From IMG/VR virus record IMGVR_UViG_3300035696_000014, positions 63,192-127,191 of that record: 64,000 nucleotides of DNA. One strand, 5' to 3'. The position numbers were made by a program, and so were the translations under genes. Shown in pieces: positions 29,011 through 37,738 of the stretch (positions are counted from its first letter, which is position 1; every line of letters starts with the position of its first letter). The notes under the pieces are model-generated. The model saw only the letters and a list, made by a program, of their open reading frames with translations. It ran no database searches and was not told where the DNA came from. This DNA comes from a virus.

Positions 29011-31031
29011 TCTTCAGTCCAAATAATGGTGCAGTTGATGTTGAGACCCGACGTTAGTGCAGCACCGTTGCCCCAGTTGACAGCCAGGAGCTCGTTGGCG
29101 TCGTTGAGGACGACACCTCCCATCTGGCTGAAGTCAAAGACGTACTCTTCAGTTTCCACAGTGCCTCCCGCTGGGACGAACATCTTGGCAGAAGCCAAGA
29201 AGCCCAAGCTGGAACCCAGCGTTGTCGGGTTGACAGTGTACGACGTCACTGTTGCCAGCGAGCCTGGGAAGTTGCTGTTCCAGGCCACGCCCGTTGAAGT
29301 GGTTGAAGTACCGCCGCTGTCGAGCGTTGAACGCTTGATGATGTCGATCTCTTGTGAGGCTGCTGTCGATTGGATCGCGCTGAAGCGGATCTGCAACACT
29401 CGAACAGTCTTGCTGTTGGTCCCCGAGATGGTGATGATGTCGGTCGGGTTCGCTGATGTCGGCGACAGACTCCTGATGCCGACGCTGAAGGTAATGGGCC
29501 GAGCGGGCCTCGTCAGCAGGCTGCCCGAGTTGTCGGTCTGCAACGAGGTGATGTAACGGGCACCCATCGTCGACGATTGGACCGCTCCAGACATGAAGGT
29601 GCCACCCGCAACCAGCGGGTAACCCGAGAAAGTGCTGCCCGTCAGCTGCGTACCCGAGACAGCCAGAGTGCCGCTGACGGCGACTCCTCCAGTAAACCAG
29701 AACCCCGACGGGCTCGATGCAGACACGCCGATAGTAGCGGGCCAGTTCTCGATGACTGCCCCGACAGTGCCGCTGACGTTCTGTGTCGCTGGGAAGTTGT
29801 TGACGCTGATCTGCGATGCCAACGACACCGGAAGCGTTGCTGATGCAGAGACACCGATTGTGGCAGGCCAGTTGCCGATGATCGCGGTAACAGTGCCCGA
29901 CACGTTCTGCGTGGCAGGGAAGTTGTTGACAGAGACCTGCGAACCCAGGGTGACGGAACCCGTCACACCAACTGGACCAGTGCTGAACACGGGCAGCTGG
30001 ACCGAGGCAGTCACCCCCAGCGGGCCCTCAGACCAGACCTGCAACGGTGTTGTCGTGGTGATCGACAGGGTGCCGCTGACTGCCTGTACCGCAGGGAAGT
30101 TGTTGACGCTGATCTGCCCCTGTTGGGAGACCGGGAGCGTGGCTGATGCAGACACGCCGATGGTAGCGGGCCAGTTGCCGAGGTTGACGTTGCCCGAGAC
30201 CTGGGTGCCGCCGGTGAACCAGAAGCCGCTGGGCGATGCTGCTCCCACCGAACCGCTGATGTTCTGTGTCGCTGGGAAGTTGTTGACCGAGACCTGCGAA
30301 CCCAGGGTGACGGTGCCGCTGATGCCCTGGGTGCCACCGTCCCACGTTCTCAGCGCAGTTGAACCCGTGACACCGATCGTTGCGGGCCAGTTCTGGATGA
30401 CAGCACCCACAGAACCGCTGACGTTCTGTGTTGCCGGGAAGTTGTTGACGCTGATCTGCCCCTGTTGGGAGACCGACAACGTGGCTGAAGCGCTGACACC
30501 GAAGGTGGCAGGCCAGTTGTTGATGACTGCCCCGACGGTGCCGCTGACCCCCACCGGGCCCGTAGAAAACACGGGCAGCTGGGTTGAAGCCGAGACACCA
30601 AACGCCGCGGGCCAGTTCCCAATATCGACGGTCCCCGAGACAGCCTGCACGGCCGGGAAGTTGTCAATGCTCAGCTCGCTGTTGCTGATGCTGACGGTGC
30701 CGCTGACGTTCTGGGTCGCCGGGAAGTTGTTGACGGAGACCTGTGCCGCCAAGGTCACGCTGCCCGTGACGCCAACGGGACCCTCCGTCCACACCTGCTG
30801 GTTGTTGGGGAAGGTGACGACTGCCGAGATGGGTGAGGTGACATCGACAGGGATAGAACCCGAAGTCGTGATGTAGAGCGCGCCCGCGGTGTCCGTCAAC
30901 AGGATGTGATCAGCGCCGTTGATGTCATTGCCCGCGACAACCTGCGGGCCCGAGCTCGTGACGGGCACCACACCGTCGAACATCGGCACGCCGATGAACG
31001 TGATCTGAGTGGGCGGGTTCGCCTGCGGCAT
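29007..31031 (-). CDS. Repeat-containing fibre/spike protein, 674 aa
   Basis: Same repeat modules, distinct C-terminal domain. Confidence 0.75.
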   Translation of the reverse strand: MPQANPPTQITFIGVPMFDGVVPVTSSGPQVVAGNDINGADHILLTDTAGALYITTSGSIPVDVTSPISAVVTFPNNQQVWTEGPVGVTGSVTLAAQVSVNNFPATQNVSGTVSISNSELSIDNFPAVQAVSGTVDIGNWPAAFGVSASTQLPVFSTGPVGVSGTVGAVINNWPATFGVSASATLSVSQQGQISVNNFPATQNVSGSVGAVIQNWPATIGVTGSTALRTWDGGTQGISGTVTLGSQVSVNNFPATQNISGSVGAASPSGFWFTGGTQVSGNVNLGNWPATIGVSASATLPVSQQGQISVNNFPAVQAVSGTLSITTTTPLQVWSEGPLGVTASVQLPVFSTGPVGVTGSVTLGSQVSVNNFPATQNVSGTVTAIIGNWPATIGVSASATLPVSLASQISVNNFPATQNVSGTVGAVIENWPATIGVSASSPSGFWFTGGVAVSGTLAVSGTQLTGSTFSGYPLVAGGTFMSGAVQSSTMGARYITSLQTDNSGSLLTRPARPITFSVGIRSLSPTSANPTDIITISGTNSKTVRVLQIRFSAIQSTAASQEIDIIKRSTLDSGGTSTTSTGVAWNSNFPGSLATVTSYTVNPTTLGSSLGFLASAKMFVPAGGTVETEEYVFDFSQMGGVVLNDANELLAVNWGNGAALTSGLNINCTIIWTEE

Positions 31032-31032
31032 C

Positions 31033-31515
31033 TTACGTGTACTCCGTTACCAGGCAGCTGCCAGTTGTCGAGGTGAAGACACCGTAAACAGTGCCGAGGT
31101 ACCCGTACGGTGCTTCCCAATACGACCCCGGCCACAGGACTGTCGAGTAGCTCGATGTCGTTGCGGCCGCGTAGAGACGCAGGTAGAGGTAACCAGTGCT
31201 TCCCGGATCATTGAAGACGCTGATACCTACCCTGCTCGTGTTGGTAGCTGCTAGCAATTGGCTGCTGAGACTCGCGGTGAAAGCTGTCTCAGTAGCGACG
31301 TGGCTCAGCTGCGGTTCGGTCTCGACCGTGCCGCCCTGGATGAAGACGGGCAGCGAACCGCTCGTAGTGACATAGACAGATCCCGAAGGATCCACCTGGA
31401 TCGTCTGGATGTACGCCGCCCCGGACGTGTAATAGACACCACCGACAACGTCGGGGATGCCGAAGAACGTGGAGCCAGTTACCTGGTCTGCGACGTCATC
31501 ATTGGAGAGCGGCAT
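31033..31515 (-). CDS. Short fibre/spike family protein, 160 aa
   Basis: Shares GGVYY...QVDPSG-x-VY-x-TT-x-GSLPV and its C-terminal domain with the neighbours. Confidence 0.75.
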   Translation of the reverse strand: MPLSNDDVADQVTGSTFFGIPDVVGGVYYTSGAAYIQTIQVDPSGSVYVTTSGSLPVFIQGGTVETEPQLSHVATETAFTASLSSQLLAATNTSRVGISVFNDPGSTGYLYLRLYAAATTSSYSTVLWPGSYWEAPYGYLGTVYGVFTSTTGSCLVTEYT

Positions 31516-31530
31516 GCAGCCATCGTACTA

Positions 31531-32832
31531 TCAGCTGAGATCCGTGATCTGCAGAGCGCCGACGGCGGAGTTGAAGGTCACATCAACCTCACCTGGCCAA
31601 GCATAGGTGAGCTCGTAGTAGCTCTTTGCCGCCAACTGCACCGTGTAGCTGGTCGTCGTGGCTCCGGCACCGAACTTCAGGAACGCTGTCGAGGTGCCCT
31701 CGTTGTAGAAGCAGGCACCGACACGGTCGGGGTTCGGGGGCAGTGCCATCTGGTTGCCCGTCGCTGCGGTAACGCGGTAGAACGTACCCGACTGCGGCTG
31801 GTTCGTCAGACGACCGATCGGGTCAGTGCGCAGCGGGCGCATGACGTTGTTCTGGTCGAGGCCGCCGTCCAGCAGCGGGAAGATCGGTGCGCTCACCGTC
31901 GAACCCGACAGGTACGAACCGGTGACGCCGACGGTGCTCTGCATCCAGACTTCGAGTGGCTGGGTGATCGAGACGGTGCCGCTGACGCCAACGGGTCCCG
32001 TCATGTAGACGGGCAGCTGGACCGAAGCGCTGACACCGACCGTGGCAGGCCAGTTGGTGATGTTGACACCACCGCTGACTGCCTGCGGGCCCGAGGTGTA
32101 GACGTTGACAGAACCGGTGACGCCGGTCGGGCCACTGGTCCAGAAGCCGCTCGGGCTCGAGGCGCTGACGCCGACGGTGCTCTGCATCCAGACTTCGAGT
32201 GGCTGGGGCACGTTGGCAGTGATGGTGCCGCCGGCGATGTAGACAGGCAACGAGCCCGTCGTGGTGATGTAGACCGCGCCGCTGGGGTCGACCTGCATCG
32301 ACTGGACATACGCAGGCAGGCTGCCGACGTTGCCGGAGCCGTAGTAGACACCGCCGACCGTCAGCGGGAAGCCGTTGGCCGTCGAACCGGTGTGGATCGC
32401 GCCAGAGACGGCGATCGGGCCCTCAGTCCAGACCTGGACGGGCTGGACGACGGAGACAGTGCCGCTGACACCGACCGGACCGGTGCTGTATACCGGGATC
32501 TGTGCAGAGGCCGAGACGCCGATGGTGGCTGGCCAGTTCTCGATGACCGCGCCGACGGTGCCGGACACGCCGGTCGGACCTGCCGACCAGAAACCAGAAG
32601 GAGAAGCGGGAGTGACCTCGAGCGAGGTTGGGAATGTGACGTTGGCGTTGATGCTGCCGGTGACGACGACTGCACCGCCCGACATCGACAGGTACTGGAC
32701 CAGGCCAGTGCTTCTGTCAACGCCCGCGACCAGCTGCCCAATCGCACCAACTGGGAGGGGCATGCTACCCGACACGCCGTATAGGTTGCCGTTGCTGTCC
32801 GCTAGGAGCTGTTCGAGGTTAGTGAGTCCCAT
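31531..32832 (-). CDS. Repeat-containing fibre/spike protein, 433 aa
   Basis: NWPAT, SPSGFW and EVWMQ modules; C-terminal NPDRVGACFYN domain. Confidence 0.75.
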   Translation of the reverse strand: MGLTNLEQLLADSNGNLYGVSGSMPLPVGAIGQLVAGVDRSTGLVQYLSMSGGAVVVTGSINANVTFPTSLEVTPASPSGFWSAGPTGVSGTVGAVIENWPATIGVSASAQIPVYSTGPVGVSGTVSVVQPVQVWTEGPIAVSGAIHTGSTANGFPLTVGGVYYGSGNVGSLPAYVQSMQVDPSGAVYITTTGSLPVYIAGGTITANVPQPLEVWMQSTVGVSASSPSGFWTSGPTGVTGSVNVYTSGPQAVSGGVNITNWPATVGVSASVQLPVYMTGPVGVSGTVSITQPLEVWMQSTVGVTGSYLSGSTVSAPIFPLLDGGLDQNNVMRPLRTDPIGRLTNQPQSGTFYRVTAATGNQMALPPNPDRVGACFYNEGTSTAFLKFGAGATTTSYTVQLAAKSYYELTYAWPGEVDVTFNSAVGALQITDLS

Positions 32833-32901
32833 CGTGTTCCTCTATGAGCAGATCGAGTGCTCGCCATAACTAGGTTCCACACCTGGAGATTTGGGCCTGC
32901 G

Positions 32902-33345
32902 TTAGGACTGTTCGGTCACCATCACGTTGCCCGGGATCTGATCAAACACGAAACTGATGGGCTCTGACGGCACCACATCAAAGGAATAGTAGCTCCCGGG
33001 ACGCAGGGCCACCATGAATGACGCGGTGGACGCAGAAGAGCCTATCGCTAGGTAACAGGTGCCCTTGCCCGACATGCAGTTGAAGAAGCTGGCCCCGCGC
33101 CGGTTGGGGTTGGATCCCAACGCCATCTGGCTCGACAAGCTCGCTGGGAAGTTGGTGGTAGTGTGAGTGTTTGACGGTGCGGGAGTCGAGTTGATCGAAC
33201 CGCTGAACGTCAGGCCCGTGACCGTGACGGAACCCGTGACCTCTTGGACGGCAGGGAAGTTGCCAACGTCAACCGTGCCCGAGACGTTCTGCGTCTGGGG
33301 GAAGTTGACGACGACTACCTCTTCATTGATCGCGACCGCCGTCAT
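32902..33345 (-). CDS. Short fibre/spike family protein, 147 aa
   Basis: Two NFP-x-x-Q-x-V-x-G modules plus the NPNRRGASFFN domain. Confidence 0.75.
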   Translation of the reverse strand: MTAVAINEEVVVVNFPQTQNVSGTVDVGNFPAVQEVTGSVTVTGLTFSGSINSTPAPSNTHTTTNFPASLSSQMALGSNPNRRGASFFNCMSGKGTCYLAIGSSASTASFMVALRPGSYYSFDVVPSEPISFVFDQIPGNVMVTEQS

Positions 33346-33395
33346 CTATCGCTCGTGCTCCAGGGTGAAAAGTAAACCACCCAGGCGACGCTGCT

Positions 33396-33674
33396 TCAGA
33401 CCCCCTGTGCCAGGCGTCGGACCATCTCTCGCAGCTCGCCCAGTGTCATGCGAATCCGACTTTCGCCCAATTCGGCTCTCGGGGCCTTGTCGTAGACGGG
33501 ACCCTTCATCGTAGTCTGATCGTCGTCAGTGATCAGTTGTTCTCCCTTGTGGTCTTCGTCGGACGCGCCGGCCACTTTCATCATCCCGCTGCGAGCCTCA
33601 GGCGGCTGGAATGCACCCCCATCAAACTTATCAGCTTCCGCTGTCAGCCCCTTTCGGGTTTTTCTGGCCGTCAT
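33396..33674 (-). CDS. Hypothetical protein, 92 aa, with C-terminal IRMTLGELREMVRR motif
   Basis: ORF track; GAGGTG SD; TACTTA at 33716-33721. Confidence 0.65.
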   Translation of the reverse strand: MTARKTRKGLTAEADKFDGGAFQPPEARSGMMKVAGASDEDHKGEQLITDDDQTTMKGPVYDKAPRAELGESRIRMTLGELREMVRRLAQGV

Positions 33675-33942
33675 CGAGCACCTCGGGACCCCGCTGGATG
33701 GGCGTCTCCCGGTTGTAAGTACCCTTGATGATGCTCAGGATGTCTCGGGAAGAGACAAGGGTGCACCGTGAGGTGATCTCCTCGATCCTCCTCTTCGGGA
33801 TGTCGTAGTGCGGAAAACGCGCAGACGAGTGATACCAGCACCTCTTGATGCCGAGGTCCCGGGCCATCCGGTGCAGGTTCTCTTCTGAGAAGGGCCAGCA
33901 GACCAGGTGGCGGTCGGTGTCACAGAAGTAGGCCAGGCTCAC
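33631..33942 (-). CDS. DUF4031-like protein, 103 aa
   Basis: HLV...LHRMARDLGIKRCWYH...HYDIP pattern. Confidence 0.7.
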   Translation of the reverse strand: MSLAYFCDTDRHLVCWPFSEENLHRMARDLGIKRCWYHSSARFPHYDIPKRRIEEITSRCTLVSSRDILSIIKGTYNRETPIQRGPEVLDDGQKNPKGADSGS

Positions 33943-34460
33943 GCAGCCTTGACCACCGGCGGCTCCAGGTCCTTGGCCAGGGCGGCGACCGCATCAGCCA
34001 GGTTCCGGTTCGCTTCCTCTGCCTCGACGTAGGCCTTGACGACCCGCTGGAGGGGTCCCGGCATGGTGTCATAGCTGACGAACTTCTCGTCGTACTTCAT
34101 CGGTTCACGCATCCGCTGGAGCATGCCGATGACGAACTGGCGAGAGTTGTCGATGTCACGCCGGAGCTCGGCGTTGTTCATGGCAATGCGCTCACGTTCA
34201 CGCTCGAGGGCGGCCTCACGGGCCTCAGCCTGCCACTCGGTGGCACCCGTTGAGGTGTACTTCACTGCCTCGTCGATCAGCTTCTGGGACACCATGATCC
34301 CAGGGATGACCTCGACCTGCCGTTCACGCTTCCTGTTCCTGCCGGTCAGGGGCACCGTTCCCGACGGTGCATCGTCTGGAGCGACGGGGGTAGCATCTGC
34401 CACCATGTCACTCAAGATCTCATTCAGTGCCTGCTTCTCCGGTGTCTGCTGCTCGTCCAT
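33939..34460 (-). CDS. Hypothetical coiled-coil protein, 173 aa
   Basis: ORF track; GAGG SD; GTGA coupling to the next gene. Confidence 0.7.
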   Translation of the reverse strand: MDEQQTPEKQALNEILSDMVADATPVAPDDAPSGTVPLTGRNRKRERQVEVIPGIMVSQKLIDEAVKYTSTGATEWQAEAREAALERERERIAMNNAELRRDIDNSRQFVIGMLQRMREPMKYDEKFVSYDTMPGPLQRVVKAYVEAEEANRNLADAVAALAKDLEPPVVKAA

Positions 34461-35181
34461 TGGTTGCCTCTTCGTATTTGTCTGGGATCGTTGCCCAGAC
34501 CATTCGCAACCATTTTACTGCACCCGCGTGCCCTGGGTGAGCGTCATCGTCGAGCGGGATGCCCGCCGCCTCGGTATCGAAATAGCTGCACTGTGGGGTG
34601 ACAGCAGCCTTCAACAACCCATTGATGGCCCAGGTGTGGCCCTTGACGGCAGTGTTGCCGACCCAGATGCAGTTGGTCCCCTTCAGCTGGTCAGTGACGA
34701 CCCGGACCATCGGGAGGGTCAGCTGGCCCGGGACCCTCGATGACTCCGGGATCTGTGTCACCCAGTAGTGGTTGGTCCCCAAGAAGACGACCACATCATC
34801 CGGGTTGGGGTACTCCCGCAGAGCTTGGGCCAGGTGGCCCCCGCTGCCCCAGTACTGGATGACGGTGCCGCCCTTGCAGGAGACGTGGACATCATCATGG
34901 GGTGCCCTGGTCTCATCGTTGATGGCCTTGACGGTGGCCTTGATCCAGAAGCCGACCCGGCACGCTTCGCTGTCTCCGACGACCAGGATGCGCCTGGGTT
35001 GGCGGATGCTGACGATCTCAATGGGTGGGATGATGAGGATCGGAGCCTTCTCGAGCTGGTCAAAGACACGGTCCTCGTCAACCGCGGCGATGGGTGCTGC
35101 ATCAACCGACGGGGGCAACGTGTTGCTGGGGTCACACGATAGCGAGAGAACCAACGCGGCCAGCAGGCGACGTAGCAGCAT
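34420..35181 (-). CDS. SGNH/GDSL-family hydrolase, probable lipoprotein, 253 aa
   Basis: Signal MLLRRLLAALVLSLS-C; block I VVGDS, block III FLGTN, block V DDAHP. Confidence 0.75.
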   Translation of the reverse strand: MLLRRLLAALVLSLSCDPSNTLPPSVDAAPIAAVDEDRVFDQLEKAPILIIPPIEIVSIRQPRRILVVGDSEACRVGFWIKATVKAINDETRAPHDDVHVSCKGGTVIQYWGSGGHLAQALREYPNPDDVVVFLGTNHYWVTQIPESSRVPGQLTLPMVRVVTDQLKGTNCIWVGNTAVKGHTWAINGLLKAAVTPQCSYFDTEAAGIPLDDDAHPGHAGAVKWLRMVWATIPDKYEEATNGRAADTGEAGTE

Positions 35182-35569
35182 CCTTCTTCTCCTGTTGCTT
35201 CTTGCGGTAGTCGGCGATGGCGCTCTTGATGGCGTCCTCGGCGAGCACCGAGCAGTGGATCTTGACGGGTGGCAGGTTCAGCTCTTCGACGATGGCGCTG
35301 TTCTTCAGCAACTCAGCCTCGTCGAGGGTCTTGCCCTTGATCCACTCAGTGGCCAGGCTCGACGCCGCGATGGCGCTGCCACAGCCGAAGGTCTTGAACT
35401 TGGCATCCTCAATGACGCCATCATCGTTGACCCGGATCTGGAGCCGCATCACATCACCGCAAGCGGGTGCTCCAACGAGACCTGTCCCCACGCTCAGGTC
35501 GCTCTTGTCGAGGGTCCCCACGTTGCGTGGGTTCTCAGCGTGGTCGATGACCTTCTCGCTGTAGGCCAT
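35132..35569 (-). CDS. iscU: Fe-S cluster assembly scaffold IscU
   Basis: MAYSEKVIDH, GAPACGD, FGCGSAIA, LPPVKIHC; three Cys and the HscA-binding LPPVK are intact. Confidence 0.97.
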   Translation of the reverse strand: MAYSEKVIDHAENPRNVGTLDKSDLSVGTGLVGAPACGDVMRLQIRVNDDGVIEDAKFKTFGCGSAIAASSLATEWIKGKTLDEAELLKNSAIVEELNLPPVKIHCSVLAEDAIKSAIADYRKKQQEKKDAATSPAGRVGSLAIV

Positions 35570-35570
35570 C

Positions 35571-36179
35571 TCAGACGGCCTTTCGCATCAGGAGGACGGG
35601 CTCCCCTCCGATGGGCTTTGCCTTCTGCCAGTCGGGGTGCGCCTCAAGCCATTCGTCGATGGCGGGCTTGACGCCGTGCTTCTCAGTGTCAACCTTGGCT
35701 GATGCGTGCTTGTTGTCCTCGTAGCCCTCGCGCTCGCTGTACCAGAGGTCGCGGTCAGACCACCGTCCATCGTAGTCATCACAGACGACGATGCCCCCGG
35801 GCTTGACCAGCTTGCCGACGAGCTGCATCTCCTGCGAGACAGTGTGGTAGTTGTGGTCACCGTCAAGGAACAACACGTCGAACTGCATGCCCTGGTCGAC
35901 CATCTTGGGCAACACTGTCAGGGAGTTGTCCTCGATCAGGTAGGCGCTTTGGCTCGGGTTGCGATCGATGTTCTGCAACGTCAACCTGACCTGCTCTTGG
36001 ACCAGGATGTCGACCCCGATCGCCGTGAAGGCCGGACGAGTCCGCGCCAGGAAGACGACCATGGGCAGGAAGGTGACACCCCTGTCGACCCCGACCTCGA
36101 GGACCGCGGGTGGGACCTCTCGCGGCACCTGCTGATGCAGGTACTGCTTGACGAGCGAGATGTAGCCGTGGTACGCCAT
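35571..36179 (-). CDS. Class I SAM-dependent methyltransferase (Methyltransf_24-like)
   Basis: VLEVGVDRG, FDVLFLDGDHNY, KPGGIVVCDDY, GVKPAIDEW. Confidence 0.85.
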   Translation of the reverse strand: MAYHGYISLVKQYLHQQVPREVPPAVLEVGVDRGVTFLPMVVFLARTRPAFTAIGVDILVQEQVRLTLQNIDRNPSQSAYLIEDNSLTVLPKMVDQGMQFDVLFLDGDHNYHTVSQEMQLVGKLVKPGGIVVCDDYDGRWSDRDLWYSEREGYEDNKHASAKVDTEKHGVKPAIDEWLEAHPDWQKAKPIGGEPVLLMRKAV

Positions 36180-36406
36180 CAGGCCTTCTTGCCGCGAGTG
36201 AGCAGTGCCTTGATGACCGCAGCGGCGCCGTTGTGGCACGTGGGATCGTCCAGCTTGCCAAGTGATTCCCCGGTCAACTGGATCGGTGCTGTCGTTGAGA
36301 TAGCGACGGTCCCGTCAGGGTGGACGGTGATGGTCGACTCATCGTTCTCGATGGTCAACGCTCCGTTGAGCTCCGAACGGACGTGGATGTTGGTGACGTG
36401 GTTCAT
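36179..36406 (-). CDS. Hypothetical protein, 75 aa
   Basis: Coupled to neighbours on both sides. Confidence 0.65.
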   Translation of the reverse strand: MNHVTNIHVRSELNGALTIENDESTITVHPDGTVAISTTAPIQLTGESLGKLDDPTCHNGAAAVIKALLTRGKKA

Positions 36407-36651
36407 TGCCCTGATAGTAGGGCCTGGACAGCGAGCTCTACACGGCGACGGAGCTCGTCGGGGAGCGCGCTGAGAAGCACGTATGTCTCAGCCCGGACGT
36501 TGCCAACGGGCACGCCTTCGCTCAGTGAATCGTTGCGAGTGACGCCGACGCGTAGTGCCAGAGGCGGCGCGCCGGGGCGGGCTGCCATGATGGGCGCGTA
36601 CAGGTCAACTCTTTGGGGTGCTGCTTGTTGGGGTCGTTGGGGGTTTGCCAC
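36403..36651 (-). CDS. Hypothetical protein, about 82 aa
   Basis: GTG at 36651 with GGAG upstream; ATGA coupling downstream. Confidence 0.6.
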   Translation of the reverse strand: MANPQRPQQAAPQRVDLYAPIMAARPGAPPLALRVGVTRNDSLSEGVPVGNVRAETYVLLSALPDELRRRVELAVQALLSGQ

Positions 36652-36931
36652 GGTTCTTCTCCAGTTCTTCACGTTTTCCGGGTGGCGCCACTTCGAGCAA
36701 CGCCTCCAGCTCTGCTTGCAACGGCTTGGCGTCTCCACCGATCGCTGCTTGCGCCATCACTCGCTCCAGGAACTTGCCGAACACCACGTTCCACTCTTTC
36801 TCCGACAGCTGCGGCTTCGAGGCGGGTGCCCTGGGCGCGTGGACGAGCGGTGCGGTGACGGGCTTGTCTTGCGTCAGCGCTTCAGTGATCCGGTCGAGAC
36901 CGGGCCGGGGACGTGGCAGGCGCTCCGCCAT
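36605..36931 (-). CDS. Hypothetical protein, 108 aa
   Basis: ORF track; follows the upstream stop directly. Confidence 0.6.
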   Translation of the reverse strand: MAERLPRPRPGLDRITEALTQDKPVTAPLVHAPRAPASKPQLSEKEWNVVFGKFLERVMAQAAIGGDAKPLQAELEALLEVAPPGKREELEKNRGKPPTTPTSSTPKS

Positions 36932-36932
36932 C

Positions 36933-37112
36933 TCATCCCTTCAAGATCTGCTTGCCTTCGGTCAAGGCCTGCGTGGCCGCCGTCAGCTCCTTGCGACGTG
37001 ACAGCAGCTGCTCGCGGAGCATCACGGTGTTGCGGGAGCCTGCTGGCTCTGCGGCGATCTTGGCTTCGAGCTCGCTGATCTCGCTCAGGAGCTGCTCAGT
37101 TCTGGCTGACAT
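36933..37112 (-). CDS. Small coiled-coil protein, 59 aa (not in ORF track)
   Basis: Translated by hand: MSARTEQLLSEISELEAKIAAEPAGSRNTVMLREQLLSRRKELTAATQALTEGKQILKG. Confidence 0.65.
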   Translation of the reverse strand: MSARTEQLLSEISELEAKIAAEPAGSRNTVMLREQLLSRRKELTAATQALTEGKQILKG

Positions 37113-37122
37113 GGAGACAATC

Positions 37123-37356
37123 CTACCCTATCTGGGCACCAGTGACCTGGCCACCCTGGACCACGATACCTATGCGGTCAGGGTCGAACTTTCCGTCACT
37201 GGGGAGCGTCTGGCCATCGACAGACAACACAGCAACGCCCAGGTTGGCTTCCTTGATCAGCCGGATAGCATCGCCGGTGTACTTGCCGATGAGCTCTGTC
37301 AGCAGCTCCTTGGCCCTCTTCCGCTTGGCGGCGATGGCGAGCGCGTAGCCGAACAT
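37123..37356 (-). CDS. Small protein resembling the potato-inhibitor-I/I78 fold, 77 aa
   Basis: LIGK-x(4)-A...VLSVDG...D-x-x-x-D-x-DRIGIVVQGGQVT-x-x-x-IG; TAGTTA 5 nt before the ATG. Confidence 0.55.
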   Translation of the reverse strand: MFGYALAIAAKRKRAKELLTELIGKYTGDAIRLIKEANLGVAVLSVDGQTLPSDGKFDPDRIGIVVQGGQVTGAQIG

Positions 37357-37357
37357 G

Positions 37358-37738
37358 TCAGTAACTACCGGGCTCGATGAGGACTGAGATGGTGTCGAGC
37401 TCCCCGAAGGTCGCCTCGAACAGCCGGCCCTCTTCGTAGGGACGGTTGCCCGTCGGACGCCCGAGGAAGTCAGCCTCCTCGTCGCAGAAGCAGCCGAACA
37501 GCAGCAACGCCGGGACGTTCTTGGTCCGGGTGCCACCGCTGCCGTCGCCGATGAGGATGTCCTTGCGGTAGTTGCCGAGGACGATGCACGTCATGTCATC
37601 GTCAGTGCCGCAGCGGATGATGCTGCCGGGCTCGACGTCGCCGACCACTATACGGGGGTCGCCGATGCCGTTGGTGCAGCAGACGTGGTGCTTAGTGACC
37701 TGCTGCCCAACTCTTGCTGACGAAGCCGCTGACGACAT
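37358..37738 (-). CDS. Hypothetical protein, about 126 aa; start uncertain
   Basis: ORF track; fills the gap in an operon-like run. Confidence 0.55.
   Translation of the reverse strand: MSSAASSARVGQQVTKHHVCCTNGIGDPRIVVGDVEPGSIIRCGTDDDMTCIVLGNYRKDILIGDGSGGTRTKNVPALLLFGCFCDEEADFLGRPTGNRPYEEGRLFEATFGELDTISVLIEPGSY

Larger units (their letters stand above)
27570..33310 (-). repeat. Dispersed intragenic DNA repeats encoding the fibre modules
   Basis: Near-identical copies of gacgttctgtgtcgctgggaagttgttgac (e.g. near 27586, 27719, 28187, 29775, 30258) and of ggccagttg...gacgccga-type units. Confidence 0.85.

Noticed and set aside
25504-33345. Repeats as a CRISPR array or a DGR template/variable pair
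   Set aside because: The repeats are in-frame coding modules with mostly synonymous variation, irregular spacing and no adenine-specific mismatch pattern. No cas or reverse transcriptase gene is in the window.
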